Of a DNA stretch of 64,000 nucleotides, positions 52,928 to 62,915 are shown piece by piece. Source of the stretch: Chloroflexota bacterium (lineage in GTDB: Bacteria; Chloroflexota; Limnocylindria; Limnocylindrales; CSP1-4). The stretch's first letter is position 1; the number at the start of each line of letters is the position of its first letter. Both the position numbers and the translations under genes were made by a program. The DNA is taken from assembly GCA_030446555.1 (NCBI GenBank), contig JAUJNA010000001.1, positions 238,634 to 302,633 on the forward strand, in the 5' to 3' direction. The notes beneath the pieces are model-generated. The model did no database searches and had not been told where the DNA came from. It was given only the letters and a program-made list of their open reading frames with translations.

Positions 52928-54257
52928 CCATCGCACCACGAGGGGACCGCGCGTGATCGCGGCACGGCACCGGGCGGGGCGACTCGACCTGCTCCTGGCG
53001 ACCGTCGTGGCGGCGATGGCATTGCTCGCCGCCGTCGCCCCGGCGCTTGCTGCTGACCCCAGCCCAGCCTCATCCGGGATCGCCAGCCCCGGGGCGAGCG
53101 CGGCCCCATCGGAGGGGGCGCCGATCGCTCCGGCGCCGGTGGCCGGGGCGACCGCCGGGGCCGCGAGCGCGCCGTGCCCGTTGCCGAACCCTGCACCGAC
53201 CGCGGAGCCGGGCCAGTCCCCCAGACCCCTGAACCTGTGCCCAGCGGTGCTCAACGCAGCCGATCCGCTGAGCGTCGTGGCGTGGCTCTTCACGCCCATC
53301 TTCCAGGCCATCTTCCTGGTCATGGCACTGCTCTACAACGTCTTCGGCGACATCGGCATCGCCATCATCACGCTGACCATCCTGCTGCGGATCCTGCTCG
53401 TACCGGTCTTCCGCAAGCAGATCGTCTCGCAGCGCCGGATGCAGGTGCTCCAACCCGAGCTGCGGGCCATCCAGACCAAGTACAAGGGCAACCGCGCCAA
53501 GATCAGCGAGGAGCAGATGCGGCTCTACCGCGAGCGCGGCATCAACCCAGCCGCTGGCTGCCTCCCGGCGTTGCTCCAGCTGGTGCTCCTCATCCCGATG
53601 TACCAGGTCATCGCCCAGGGTGTGTCCGCCCCGGACATCAGCTCGATGCTCCAGGTCTTCGGCACGCCGGTCCTGGACGTCGCCTGCCAGGATCCGGGCA
53701 ATCCCGCTGTCCCGTGCATCCGGCCCACCATCCCCTGGCTGGACTGGATCACGCCCGCGCCGGGTGGCCTCGACGCGCACCTGCCGGAGATCCTGGTGAT
53801 GGTCATCCCCGGCCTCTTCGGGCTCTCCGTCCTGGCGCTGATCTCGGCCCTGCTCCAGTTGGTCCAGACGCGGATGATGGCCCAGCCCAACACGAGCAAC
53901 GATCCGCAGATCCGCACGCAGCAGCGCATCTTCCTGATCCTGCCGCTCTTCTCGCTGTTCTACGGCTGGATCCTGCCGTCCGGCCTGTTCCTGTACTGGA
54001 TCACCACGACGATCTTCTCGATCGTCCAGCAGTACCTGATCTCCGGTTGGGGCGGTCTCTTCCCGTTGTTCGGATGGACGCCGCGCTTCGCTGTCGACCA
54101 CGTGCCGCGATTCCCCATCGCGGCACCGCCCCTGCCGGCGAACGGCCCGGGACAGGAGATATCCACAACGCGCCGAACGTCCAGCGAACGAGCGGCTGGG
54201 ACCATCAGGCCGGCACGGTCCAAGAACCGGACCAACCGGCGAGGGAGACGTCGATGA
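52911..54257 (+). CDS. yidC: membrane protein insertase YidC
   Basis: YidC/Oxa1 core (…[76 protein letters not shown]…). The ATG at 52911 overlaps the yidD 3' end. A basic C-terminal tail. Confidence 0.88.
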   Translation: MTLSADHRTTRGPRVIAARHRAGRLDLLLATVVAAMALLAAVAPALAADPSPASSGIASPGASAAPSEGAPIAPAPVAGATAGAASAPCPLPNPAPTAEPGQSPRPLNLCPAVLNAADPLSVVAWLFTPIFQAIFLVMALLYNVFGDIGIAIITLTILLRILLVPVFRKQIVSQRRMQVLQPELRAIQTKYKGNRAKISEEQMRLYRERGINPAAGCLPALLQLVLLIPMYQVIAQGVSAPDISSMLQVFGTPVLDVACQDPGNPAVPCIRPTIPWLDWITPAPGGLDAHLPEILVMVIPGLFGLSVLALISALLQLVQTRMMAQPNTSNDPQIRTQQRIFLILPLFSLFYGWILPSGLFLYWITTTIFSIVQQYLISGWGGLFPLFGWTPRFAVDHVPRFPIAAPPLPANGPGQEISTTRRTSSERAAGTIRPARSKNRTNRRGRRR

Positions 54258-55420
54258 GTGAGTACCAGGAGTTCACGGGCAAGACGGTGGAAGAGGCCCT
54301 GCGCAATGCGCGCGAGGCGTTCGGGGCCACAGGATTGGACGATCTCGACTTCGAGATCCTGACGCCGGGGAGCCGCGGCGTCCTCGGCATGGGCGCGGAA
54401 CCGGCTCGCATCATCGCGGCCCCCCGGGCCGCGCTGGGCGGGGCGGCGCCTCGTCGAGAGGCAGCCGCCGCCACGCCGCTCCCGCCACCGGTGCGTGAGG
54501 AGCGCTTCGGTGATCGCGACGGGGACCGCGGACGCGGCCGTGACTTCGGCCGCGACCGAGACCGGGGTCGTGGTCGCGAGAGGGGTGACTTCGCTCGCCC
54601 CACCCGCGATGACCGGCCCGCCGGCGAGCCGGGGCCAGCATCCGGAGGCTCGCGGCCACCCTACGGGGAGCCGGGACGGAGGTCAGGCGAGCCGCGGCAG
54701 CCCCGTGGTGACCTGCCGGCGAGTGGTGAGCCACCGACCACCCGACCGGACGTCGCCACCTCCCCAACACCGGTCCGGGAGCGATACGGCGCGGGCCGTC
54801 GCGAGGGCCGCCTCAGCGACCGCCGCGACGATCCTCACGAGCGTGCCGGGCGTCCCGCTCCTTCGGGCGCCCTCACACAGCGTGACCAGGCCGAGCTCGC
54901 CACGGCGCGCGCCTCCTCGTCCGCCGAGCGGGACGAGATCCAGGCCGCCGAAGCGTCGCCCGAGGCCCTCGCCGCTGGCCAGGAGATCCTGGAGCGGCTG
55001 CTCGGAGCGATGGGCTACCAGGCGACGGTGACCATCCACAGCGGCGAGACGTCCAAGTTGGACGTGACCGGCGAGGGTGACGAGAAGGAGGCCCTCGGCG
55101 CCCTCATCGGCCGCAAGGGCGAGCGACTGTCGGCGCTCCAGCACCTCGTCAACCTGATGCTCTCGAAGCGCATGGGCGCATGGACCCGTGTCCTCGTCGA
55201 CGTGGAGGACTACCGGGGTCGTCGCGAGCGCCAGTTGCTCGAGATCGCCCAGCGTGCGGCGGAGCGGGTCATCGAGAGCGGAGCGATGCTCCAGCTGGAG
55301 CCGATGCCCGCACTCGAGCGACGGTGGGTGCATCTTGCCCTGCGGAACCATTCCCGGGTGACCACGCAATCGATCGGCGAGGAGCCGCAGCGCCGGGTGG
55401 TCATCATCAGGCGCGACTAG
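54254..55420 (+). CDS. jag: Jag/KhpB RNA-binding protein (Jag_N, KH, R3H) with long RG/RD-rich linker
   Basis: [53 protein letters not shown]… (Jag_N) … GALIGRKGERLSALQHLVNLML… (KH) … LEPMPALERRWVHLAL (R3H). The ATG overlaps the yidC stop. Confidence 0.85.
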   Translation: MSEYQEFTGKTVEEALRNAREAFGATGLDDLDFEILTPGSRGVLGMGAEPARIIAAPRAALGGAAPRREAAAATPLPPPVREERFGDRDGDRGRGRDFGRDRDRGRGRERGDFARPTRDDRPAGEPGPASGGSRPPYGEPGRRSGEPRQPRGDLPASGEPPTTRPDVATSPTPVRERYGAGRREGRLSDRRDDPHERAGRPAPSGALTQRDQAELATARASSSAERDEIQAAEASPEALAAGQEILERLLGAMGYQATVTIHSGETSKLDVTGEGDEKEALGALIGRKGERLSALQHLVNLMLSKRMGAWTRVLVDVEDYRGRRERQLLEIAQRAAERVIESGAMLQLEPMPALERRWVHLALRNHSRVTTQSIGEEPQRRVVIIRRD

Positions 55421-55489
55421 GGCGGCGGGAGCGGAAAGGACGATGGGGGGATGGAGGATCGCGGCTTCCCGGAGTAGCATGCCCATCCC

Positions 55490-57358
55490 ATGACTGCTCT
55501 AGAGCCTGGGCCTGCTCTCGAACCGGTCCGGCCGAGGCGTCGATCCGGCTGGCGCATCGCGCTGGCCGGCTTCCTCATCACGCTGGGGGCGGCGGCGCTC
55601 CTCGCGCTAGGCGGGCTGATCGTCTTCGACCGGATCATGGCCGATCGGGTCATGCCCGGCGTCACGGTCGGCGGCGTCCCCGTCGGCGGCCTGGAGCGGT
55701 CAGCGGCGGAGGAGCGGGTCCGGGCCTCGCTGCCCGACGTCTCGGCCGGGACACTCACGCTTCGCATGGGCGAAGAGACGACGGAAGTGCCCTATGCGTC
55801 CGTGGCACGCGGCTATCAGCTCGATGCTGCGTCGGACGCTGCCATCATGGTCGGCAGGACCGGCGGGGTCGTCGAACGGACCACCGAGCGGGTCCAGGTG
55901 GCGATGCGCGGCGTGGACGTGCCGCTCGGCATGACGTACGACGCCGCGGCGCTCGACGCAACGATCGAGCAGATGGTCGCCTCGGTGGAGCGCGAGGCAC
56001 GGGACGCCTCGGTCCGCTCGCGCGGCCGGGCCTTCGCGGTGGAGCCGGCCGTGGCGGGTCTCGACGTCGAAGAGGCGGCCGCCCGCACCCAGGCGCATGC
56101 CGTGCTGAGCGGGCGCGGCACGGAGTCGGTCGTGCTCGAGGCCGAGGTCTCGGTGGTGGATCCGGCCATCACGACCCAGGAAGCACAGGCTGCCGTGGAC
56201 CGCGCCGACGCTCTCGCGTCGGCGGACCTGGCGCTGGCGGACGGGGAGCAGAGCTACACCATCCCGGCCGCGGCCATCCGCTCCTGGATCTCGCTCGACC
56301 GGACGGACGACGGTGGGTACGCCGCCCGAGTGGACCCCGCGGCGGTCGAGGCCGCGGTCTCAGGGATCGCCGATGCCGTCACCGCGCCGCCGAGCGACGC
56401 GACCTTCGCCTTCGGGCGTGGCAAGAGCGTCGTCGCCGTGCCCGCTCGGGACGGCCGGTCGCTGGATGTCGCCACCACGGCGGCCCGCATCATGGCAGCC
56501 CTCGACGCTCGCGCCTCCGGCGCGGCTGGGCCCGTCGTCGCTCTCGCAACCAGCCCTCAGGCGGCGGACTTCACCACGGCCGAGGCACAGGCGGCGGTTC
56601 CCAAGGTGCAGCGTGTCTCCGCCTGGACCACTCGCTTCATCCCGAGCGAGCTCAACTTCTTTGGCAAGAACATCGCCATCCCTGCCTCGAAGATCGGCGG
56701 CCAGACAGTGGCACCGGGCAAGTGGTTCGACTTCTGGAAGGCCATCGGCAAGGTGAGTCGGGCGGAGGGGTACGGGATGGGCGGCGCGATCATCAACGGC
56801 CGCACGGAGCCGACCGGGGCGCTCGCCGGTGGCATCTGCTCGTGCTCCACGACCATCTTCAACGCGGCGCTCCGGGCCGGCCTCCAGATGGGCGATCGCC
56901 GCAACCACTACTACTACATCACCCGCTACCCGGTGGGCCTCGACGCGACGGTGTTCAAGTCATCGTCCGGAGCGGTCCAGACCATGCGCTTCAAGAACGA
57001 CACCGACCATCCGTTGCTCATCCGCGCGGTCAACCGCTACGGCGTGGTCCGGTTCGAGATCTGGACGGTGCCCACCGGGCGCACGGTGACGTTCTCCGAG
57101 CCTCGCATCCGTGACCGACGCTCCGCACGCGACACCATCGAGTACACCGACTCCCTGCCAGCCGGCGCCACGAAGCGCGTCGAGTATCCGGCCGATGGCT
57201 TCCGAGCCTGGGTCACGCGGACCGTGCGCGACGCGAGTGGCGCCGTGATCCACCAGGAGACGTACTACTCGAACTACTCAGCCGTGGATGGGGTCACGCT
57301 GGTCGGGCGACGCCCGACGGACCCACCCGACGGGACGATCGTCTTCGTCAGCGGCTAG
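55490..57358 (+). CDS. VanW-family protein (VanW/YoaR-like, membrane-anchored, with G5-like repeats)
   Basis: An N-terminal TM helix, repeated ~70-aa segments, and a C-terminal VanW domain (…GGAIINGRTEPTGALAGGICSCSTTIFNAALRAGLQM…). Confidence 0.8.
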   Translation: MTALEPGPALEPVRPRRRSGWRIALAGFLITLGAAALLALGGLIVFDRIMADRVMPGVTVGGVPVGGLERSAAEERVRASLPDVSAGTLTLRMGEETTEVPYASVARGYQLDAASDAAIMVGRTGGVVERTTERVQVAMRGVDVPLGMTYDAAALDATIEQMVASVEREARDASVRSRGRAFAVEPAVAGLDVEEAAARTQAHAVLSGRGTESVVLEAEVSVVDPAITTQEAQAAVDRADALASADLALADGEQSYTIPAAAIRSWISLDRTDDGGYAARVDPAAVEAAVSGIADAVTAPPSDATFAFGRGKSVVAVPARDGRSLDVATTAARIMAALDARASGAAGPVVALATSPQAADFTTAEAQAAVPKVQRVSAWTTRFIPSELNFFGKNIAIPASKIGGQTVAPGKWFDFWKAIGKVSRAEGYGMGGAIINGRTEPTGALAGGICSCSTTIFNAALRAGLQMGDRRNHYYYITRYPVGLDATVFKSSSGAVQTMRFKNDTDHPLLIRAVNRYGVVRFEIWTVPTGRTVTFSEPRIRDRRSARDTIEYTDSLPAGATKRVEYPADGFRAWVTRTVRDASGAVIHQETYYSNYSAVDGVTLVGRRPTDPPDGTIVFVSG

Positions 57359-57415
57359 CCCTCCCGGAAGCGGCGATCGCTTCAGTAGGAGTTCATCCAA
57401 CGGGGAGGACTACGC

Positions 57416-57670
57416 TCACTGCCGCCGCTTGGTCACCCGCTGTACGGGAGCGACAGCGACGACCGTTCCAGCGTCGTCCCGCGGCGACGGATGGAGGTCC
57501 GCACCCCATCGATGGTCGAGGTCCTCTTCCTGGACCCCACGCGGCCACTCGTCTGGCTGGACGCCCCGGAAGTACGCGCGGAAGGCATCCGGACCGCGTT
57601 TCGACATCCACGCCGCCGCGACTCCCACTGGTACGGCGAGGACGAGGATCGCGACGACCTGGAAGAGCAT
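57416..57670 (-). CDS. hypothetical small membrane protein (low confidence)
   Basis: 84-aa ORF with GC3-rich codons and an N-terminal hydrophobic helix (MLFQVVAILVLAVPVGVAAAWM…). Immediately downstream of the tmRNA 3' end. No family recognised. Confidence 0.3.
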   Translation of the reverse strand: MLFQVVAILVLAVPVGVAAAWMSKRGPDAFRAYFRGVQPDEWPRGVQEEDLDHRWGADLHPSPRDDAGTVVAVAPVQRVTKRRQ

Positions 57671-57693
57671 GCCGCGAGCGCCTTGGAAGTGAG

Positions 57694-58064
57694 TGGTGGA
57701 GATGGGGGAGAGTCGAACTCCCCGTCCAGAACCTTCAGCCGAGGCCCACTACGAGCGTATCCGATGCTTTGTCGTCGTCGTCCGGGGCCGGCATCGGCAC
57801 CGTCACCGGAGGACCAGTCGCGTCCCCTTTCGGGCTTTGTTCCGGACTACGCGACGCTACTCCGGAGCGCATCCCCGCTGCATGACGCTTCCACAGCCCG
57901 CGGGGAGGGGGCTGCTTCCACGCTCACCTTACTGCCTAAGCAGCGAGGGCGAGAGCAGGCTGGCGGTTGCCAGTTACTTCGTTTTGCCGCCTGATTAACG
58001 AGGCCTGACGGCACCTCGGCTCGCGTTCCTCGGGGATCCAGCCCTGTCGAGACCGCGCATCCCC
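57694..58064 (-). ncRNA. ssrA: transfer-messenger RNA (tmRNA)
   Basis: On the minus strand the 5' end is GGGGAUGCGCGGUCUCGACAGGGC… (complement of 58041-58064) and the 3' end is …GGGGAGUUCGACUCUCCCCCAUCUCCACCA (complement of 57694-57726). That gives the tRNA-like acceptor/T-arm with a TTCGACT T-loop and an encoded CCA. An internal ORF ends …P-A-L-A-L-A-A-UAG, a typical proteolysis tag. Length 371 nt. Confidence 0.85.
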
Positions 58065-58132
58065 ACGACCGCTCAGTCTACCAGTCGAGCGTCCGTTCCG
58101 GAAGAGTCTCGTCTACGGATACACGACACTCC

Positions 58133-59023
58133 TCACGTGAGCCCGTCCACGCGGACGCCGCTCTCTCCCCCCTCCAGACGGTTCCGATCATCACGCCATG
58201 CGAGCCACGCCTCGCCCGCATCGACCGCCCACGAGGGGCCGTCGAACCCGAGCGTGAACTGCGTGAAGCCCATCTCGACATACGTGTCGGCGTCCTCGGT
58301 CAGGAACCGGCCAAGGTCCTCCGGCTCGACGCCGACGCCGCACTCGATGCTCGCGGGATCTCGATCGATCTCGGCGCACCAGCGGCGCAGCGCGGCCAGC
58401 TTGGGCTCGAGATCCGACGGTCGGTCGGGGAAACCCGCATGCCAGGCATCGGCGTACCGCGCGACGAGGCGAAGCGTGACCCGTTCCCCGGAGCCGGCGA
58501 TCAACAGTGGGAGGGGCCGGACGGGAGGCGGGTCCAGACGCGCGAGCCGCCGCTGGACCAGCGGGAGTGCTGCCTCAAGGGATCTGAGTCGATCGCCTGC
58601 CGTCCCGAACTCGTACCCGTACTCCTCGTAGTCTCGGCGGAACCACCCGGCGCCGATGCCCAGGATCGTCCGACCTCGCGCGATCCGGTCGACCGTCCGC
58701 GCCATGTCCGCCAGCAGGTTCGGGTTGCGGTAGGAGTTACAGGCGACCAGCGGGCCGAGCCCGATGCGCTCGGTCGCCTCCGCCCATGCCGCCAGGAGGC
58801 TCCAGCACTCGAGGTGCTCGGCTTCGCGTTCCCCGTAGAGCGGGAAGAAGTGGTCCCACGTGTATGCGATGTCGTATCCGAGCTCCTCTGCCCGGAGGAC
58901 CGCGGCGCGCATCCCAGGGTAGTCGCCGTGCTGCGGATGGAGTTGTGCCGCTATGCGGATGGTCGCGACGGGAGGTTGGTGCTCACTGCCGGACCATGTA
59001 CCTTCCCCCAGCGGAAAGGTCAA
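58133..59023 (-). CDS. LLM class (luciferase-like) F420-dependent oxidoreductase
   Basis: …IRIAAQLHPQHGDYPGMRAAVLRAEELGYDIAYTWDHFFPLYG…ILGIGAGW… is the TIM-barrel LLM signature. The start is uncertain (TTG at 59023, or ATG at M38). Confidence 0.75.
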   Translation of the reverse strand: MTFPLGEGTWSGSEHQPPVATIRIAAQLHPQHGDYPGMRAAVLRAEELGYDIAYTWDHFFPLYGEREAEHLECWSLLAAWAEATERIGLGPLVACNSYRNPNLLADMARTVDRIARGRTILGIGAGWFRRDYEEYGYEFGTAGDRLRSLEAALPLVQRRLARLDPPPVRPLPLLIAGSGERVTLRLVARYADAWHAGFPDRPSDLEPKLAALRRWCAEIDRDPASIECGVGVEPEDLGRFLTEDADTYVEMGFTQFTLGFDGPSWAVDAGEAWLAWRDDRNRLEGGESGVRVDGLT

Positions 59024-59040
59024 GGGGTACCTTGGGCAGG

Positions 59041-59838
59041 ATGTTCACGGTCGGGGCCTTCGCCCGCATTTCCGGCGTCTCGGCCAAGGCGCTGCGCGGG
59101 TACGACGCGATGGGACTCTTCCGGCCCGTCCGGGTCGACCGTCTGACCGGGTACCGCTACTACTCGGCGGCGCAGCTGCCGCAGATCCGTCGGATCGTCG
59201 CGCTGCGGAACGTCGGGATGGGCCTCGACGCCATCACGCGCGCGATCGCCGGGCATGCCGACCTGGCGGCGGTCCTCGCGGAACGCCGGGCCGAGCTCGA
59301 ACGTGAGCAACGGGAGGTGGAACGCCGCCTGGCTGCGCTGGACATCCGCGTGGCCGCGGGCACAGAGGGTGCCGACGCACCGGACGTCGTCGTCCGGTCG
59401 GTGGCAGAAGAGCCGGTCGCGACGCTGTCGCTCGACGAGGTGCCCGACCATGACGTGGGCGCGGCGTTCTACGAGCTCGAGTCGCGCGTCCGCGACGCCG
59501 GCCGGCGCGCGAACCGGCCACCGGGCGCCCTTGTCGACGATCGCGTCATCGTCTTCGTGCCGCTCCGGCGTCCGATGAAACCGGTGCCCGGGGTCGCATG
59601 TCGACTGCTGCCAGCGAGCCGGATGGCGACCATCCTGCACGGCGGCGGATACGCCGCTTTACCGGCCGCCCGGCGCTCGCTCGAGGCGTGGGCGGGCGCG
59701 GCCGGCTACAGCATCGGCGGTCCGTTGCGCGTCGTGTACCTGCAGTTCGGGGCGGAGCCCGAGCTGCGCCTCCCCGTGGGGTACCTGGTGGGGCGATCGG
59801 CCGAGTTCCTCACGGAGCTCCAGCTACCGGCCATCTGA
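59041..59838 (+). CDS. MerR-family transcriptional regulator with C-terminal effector-binding (GyrI-like) domain
   Basis: MFTVGAFARISGVSAKALRGYDAMGLFRPVRVDRLTGYRYYSAAQLPQIRRIVALRNVGMGLDAI… (MerR HTH), a coiled coil, and a roughly 130-aa C-terminal domain. Confidence 0.8.
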   Translation: MFTVGAFARISGVSAKALRGYDAMGLFRPVRVDRLTGYRYYSAAQLPQIRRIVALRNVGMGLDAITRAIAGHADLAAVLAERRAELEREQREVERRLAALDIRVAAGTEGADAPDVVVRSVAEEPVATLSLDEVPDHDVGAAFYELESRVRDAGRRANRPPGALVDDRVIVFVPLRRPMKPVPGVACRLLPASRMATILHGGGYAALPAARRSLEAWAGAAGYSIGGPLRVVYLQFGAEPELRLPVGYLVGRSAEFLTELQLPAI

Positions 59839-59864
59839 TCATGCGGCACCGTGGCCGCAACGCT

Positions 59865-60332
59865 TCAGCCACGCCCCCGGTGGACGTCCGCCAGCTCGCG
59901 CTCGACCTCGCGGCGCATATCCCGCTCGGCGATGTCGCGCCGCTTGTCGTGCAGCTGCTTGCCCCGCGCGACACCCAGCTCCAGTTTGGCCTTGCCGCGT
60001 CGGGTGATGTAGAGCCGGAGCGGCACGATGGTCAGGCCCTTCTGCTTGGTGCGACCCAGGAGCTGGTCGATCTGGACGCGGTGGAGGAGCAGCTTGCGGT
60101 CCCGTCGCGGCTCGTGGTTGTTGCGGTTGCCACCGGCCCACGGCGCGATCGTGGCGCCCACCAACCACGCCTCACCGTGCTCGATGCGGGCATACGCCTC
60201 TTGGAGGCTGGTCTTGCCATCGCGGATGCTCTTGATCTCGGTGCCGGTCAGCGCGATGCCCGCCTCGAGCGTGTCCTCGATGGTGTACTCGTGGCGGGCT
60301 TTTCGGTTGACTGCGACCGTCTGCTCGCCCAT
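59865..60332 (-). CDS. smpB: SsrA-binding protein
   Basis: MGEQTVAVNRKARHEYTIEDTLEAGIALTGTEIKSIRDGKTSLQEAYARIEHGEAWLVGATIAPW…KLLLHRVQIDQLLGRTKQKGLTIVPLRLYITRRGKAKLELGVARGKQLHDKRRDIA, a canonical SmpB. It lies 1.8 kb from ssrA. Confidence 0.9.
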   Translation of the reverse strand: MGEQTVAVNRKARHEYTIEDTLEAGIALTGTEIKSIRDGKTSLQEAYARIEHGEAWLVGATIAPWAGGNRNNHEPRRDRKLLLHRVQIDQLLGRTKQKGLTIVPLRLYITRRGKAKLELGVARGKQLHDKRRDIAERDMRREVERELADVHRGRG

Positions 60333-60524
60333 GCGTTCTGCTCCCGGACGCACGAACGCCGGCCCACAGTGGGCCGGCGTCTCGTGGCTGCTTCACCACC
60401 CGGTGGGTCCAGCGACTAGCGCGAACCCTCCGAGGTGGTGCAGCGACGCTTACTGTCGATCACTGCACATCACCTCCTTTCGTACGCCGCGGACGATACC
60501 ACAACGCTCGCCCGGGGCAAGGGG

Positions 60525-61937
60525 TCAGGCGGCCATTCGCCGGAGGGTGCCCGTCTCGGAGGTCAGGATCTCGATGGCCCGCTCGAGCTGTGGATCCTCA
60601 CCCTCCGGCGTGTCGGCCGGGAGGGGGACGACGACGTCGGGGGTGATGCCCTTGCCGTGGATCCAGGTCTTGTCCGGGGTCAGCCACTTGGCCACCGAGA
60701 GGCGGAACCCTCCGGCCTGCCCGTCGTCGAGTGGATGCCATTCCTGGATGGTGCCCTTGCCGAAGGTCTTCTCACCCACGAGCGTGGCCCGGTCGGTGTC
60801 GTCCAGGGCTCCCGCGACGATCTCGCTGGCGCTCGCGGAGCCGCCATTGACCAGGAGGACCAGCTCGATGGAGCCGTCGGTCGCCACACCGCCCGGCAGG
60901 GCCATCTTGGGGTCCTGGCGACCGGACGCGTCCTCCTCCCAGAAGATCGGCCCCTCGCCCACGAACTGACTGGCGATCTCCTGGGCGGCGTTGACGAACC
61001 CGCCGGGGTCGTCACGCAGGTCGAGCACGATCCTCTTGAGCCCCTGGTCGCGGACCAGGCTCCGGAGCTGCTCCACGAAGTCACCCGATGCGCTCGAGCT
61101 GAACCCGTCGATCTTGAGATACCCCACCTGGCCGCCCGCCAGCACCTGGCTGGTCACGTCCTCGGTCTGGATGACGGCACGCTCGATGGTCAGCTCCAGT
61201 GTCTGGCCATCACGCTCCAGCTCGAGCGTGACCGAGGTGCCGGCAGGGCCTCTGACCTTGTCGACGGTCTTCGCGAGGTCCGAGCCCAGCACGCTCTGGC
61301 CATCGACGGCGACCACGATGTCGCCCTCCTTCAACCCGGCCTCGAGCGCGGGGGAGTCGCGCAGGACGTGGACCACGGCGAGGCGGCATGTGTCGCTGAT
61401 CGGCTGGCACGGCTCACCGGTAGCGTCCCGCGTGGTCATCTCGGCACCGATGCCCTCGAACTGCCCGCTGATGCTCGAGAGCGTCCGGCGGTACTCGTCC
61501 GAGCTCATGTAGGCCGAGTACGGATCGTCCAGGGCGATGAAGATGCCCTCGATGGCGCCTTCGAGCAGGAGTTGACGGTCGTACTCGCCGACGTACTCCG
61601 TGGTGACCTTGTTCCAAGCGTCCCAGAAGGGCTCGAAGAGCTGCTGGTTCTGCGCGCTCGTCCCAGGCGTGATGGCCTGCTGGGCGCCGAGTGTGAAGCC
61701 CGACACGAACATGGCCGCGCTCGAGAGGACCGCCACCACGAAGAGGGCGACATGGACGGGCGTCCGGGACGGTCGACTGGTCGAGCCACCCAGGACGATC
61801 GTGGGCGGGCCTCCCTGGGTGGTCGTCGGCGGCTCCGGACCGCTGTCATGGACGGTCGCGGGATCGGCACTGGGAAGCGTGGGGTGTCCGGACATCTTTG
61901 GGATCCTTCGATCGGCGGCGGGTCTTCCGGGGCCCAT
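60525..61937 (-). CDS. S41 family C-terminal processing peptidase (PDZ-containing)
   Basis: An N-terminal TM, a PDZ domain (…VLRDSPALEAGLKEGDIVVAVDGQSV…) and the S41 catalytic core (…LDLRDDPGGFVNAAQEIASQF…VLLVNGGSASASEIVAGALDDTDRATLVGEKTFGKGTIQ…). Start at M1 (61937) or M15 (61895). Confidence 0.85.
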   Translation of the reverse strand: MGPGRPAADRRIPKMSGHPTLPSADPATVHDSGPEPPTTTQGGPPTIVLGGSTSRPSRTPVHVALFVVAVLSSAAMFVSGFTLGAQQAITPGTSAQNQQLFEPFWDAWNKVTTEYVGEYDRQLLLEGAIEGIFIALDDPYSAYMSSDEYRRTLSSISGQFEGIGAEMTTRDATGEPCQPISDTCRLAVVHVLRDSPALEAGLKEGDIVVAVDGQSVLGSDLAKTVDKVRGPAGTSVTLELERDGQTLELTIERAVIQTEDVTSQVLAGGQVGYLKIDGFSSSASGDFVEQLRSLVRDQGLKRIVLDLRDDPGGFVNAAQEIASQFVGEGPIFWEEDASGRQDPKMALPGGVATDGSIELVLLVNGGSASASEIVAGALDDTDRATLVGEKTFGKGTIQEWHPLDDGQAGGFRLSVAKWLTPDKTWIHGKGITPDVVVPLPADTPEGEDPQLERAIEILTSETGTLRRMAA

Positions 61938-62015
61938 CGTGCCCCGTCACCGGAATCTACGCCGGGACCGATCTTGGGGACTTCACGTCGGGGTCCGGAG
62001 CGATGTCGGCGGGGC

Positions 62016-62906
62016 CTATCTCCGGAGATACGCGCGGACCGAGATCCACGCTCCCAGCCCGCCCAGGCCCAGGCCCGCCGCAAGCACCACGCCCGCCACC
62101 TGCGAGCCCAGCTGTCGGCTGAAGCCCACCGGGGCCTGTCCGGCGATCGCGTTCGCCAGCTGGCCGATGGGTGCCGAAGCGAGCGAGAGCAGACCCAGTG
62201 TCACGAGGGCGCCGATAAGACCCACGAGCAGGCCCTCGAAGATGAAGGGCCATCGAACGAAGGCGTCCGTGGCACCCACCAGGCGCATGATCTCGATCTC
62301 GTCGGCGCGCGACATGACGGCCATCCGGATGGTGTTCACCACGATGAGCAGCACCGTGATCCCCACGAGCGCGACGATGATCAGGCCCACCGTGCGCAGC
62401 AGGCTCGTGATGGAGATGAGCCGATCGACGTTCCTCTGCTGCTCCACCACCCGTTCCACGACCCCCGCAGGCGCTTCCAGGGTCGTTCGCACCGAGCCGA
62501 ACTCCTTGGGGTCCGTCAGCTTCACCACGAGCTGCGCCGGCAGCGGATTGGACCCCACGTACTGGGACACGTCCTCCCGCCCGTCGGCCGTGAGTTGCGC
62601 ACGGAAGTCAGCGAGCGCTTGTTCCTTGCTGACGAAGTCGACACTTGCGACCTCCGGCAGGGCTTCCAACTGGCTGCGAAGGATCTCCACGCGAGCCTGG
62701 GGCACCCCGTCGTGCAGCTCGGCCCTGATCTCGACCTTGCCTTCGATGTACGCCAGGCCAGCCTGCATCCCGGACAGCAGGATGACGAGGCTCGCCAGCA
62801 GCACCAGCGTCAGGATCATCGTCACGGTCGCCGCCAAGCTCATGACGCGGTTACGCCACAGGCCTTCCACCGCGCGCCGGAAGGAGAAGGCCAGGAAGTG
62901 GATCAC
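62016..62906 (-). CDS. ftsX: cell division permease FtsX
   Basis: MIHFLAFSFRRAVEGLWRNRVMSLAATVTMILTLVLLASL… shows the FtsX topology of four TM helices with a large periplasmic loop. Confidence 0.88.
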   Translation of the reverse strand: MIHFLAFSFRRAVEGLWRNRVMSLAATVTMILTLVLLASLVILLSGMQAGLAYIEGKVEIRAELHDGVPQARVEILRSQLEALPEVASVDFVSKEQALADFRAQLTADGREDVSQYVGSNPLPAQLVVKLTDPKEFGSVRTTLEAPAGVVERVVEQQRNVDRLISITSLLRTVGLIIVALVGITVLLIVVNTIRMAVMSRADEIEIMRLVGATDAFVRWPFIFEGLLVGLIGALVTLGLLSLASAPIGQLANAIAGQAPVGFSRQLGSQVAGVVLAAGLGLGGLGAWISVRAYLRR

Positions 62907-62915
62907 GCTCGGCGC

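Noticed and set aside
57359-58132. Genomic island or prophage integrated at tmRNA
   Set aside because: No integrase gene, no direct repeat of the ssrA 3' end and no phage-like ORFs. The flanking genes are ordinary (VanW-like, LLM oxidoreductase, MerR).
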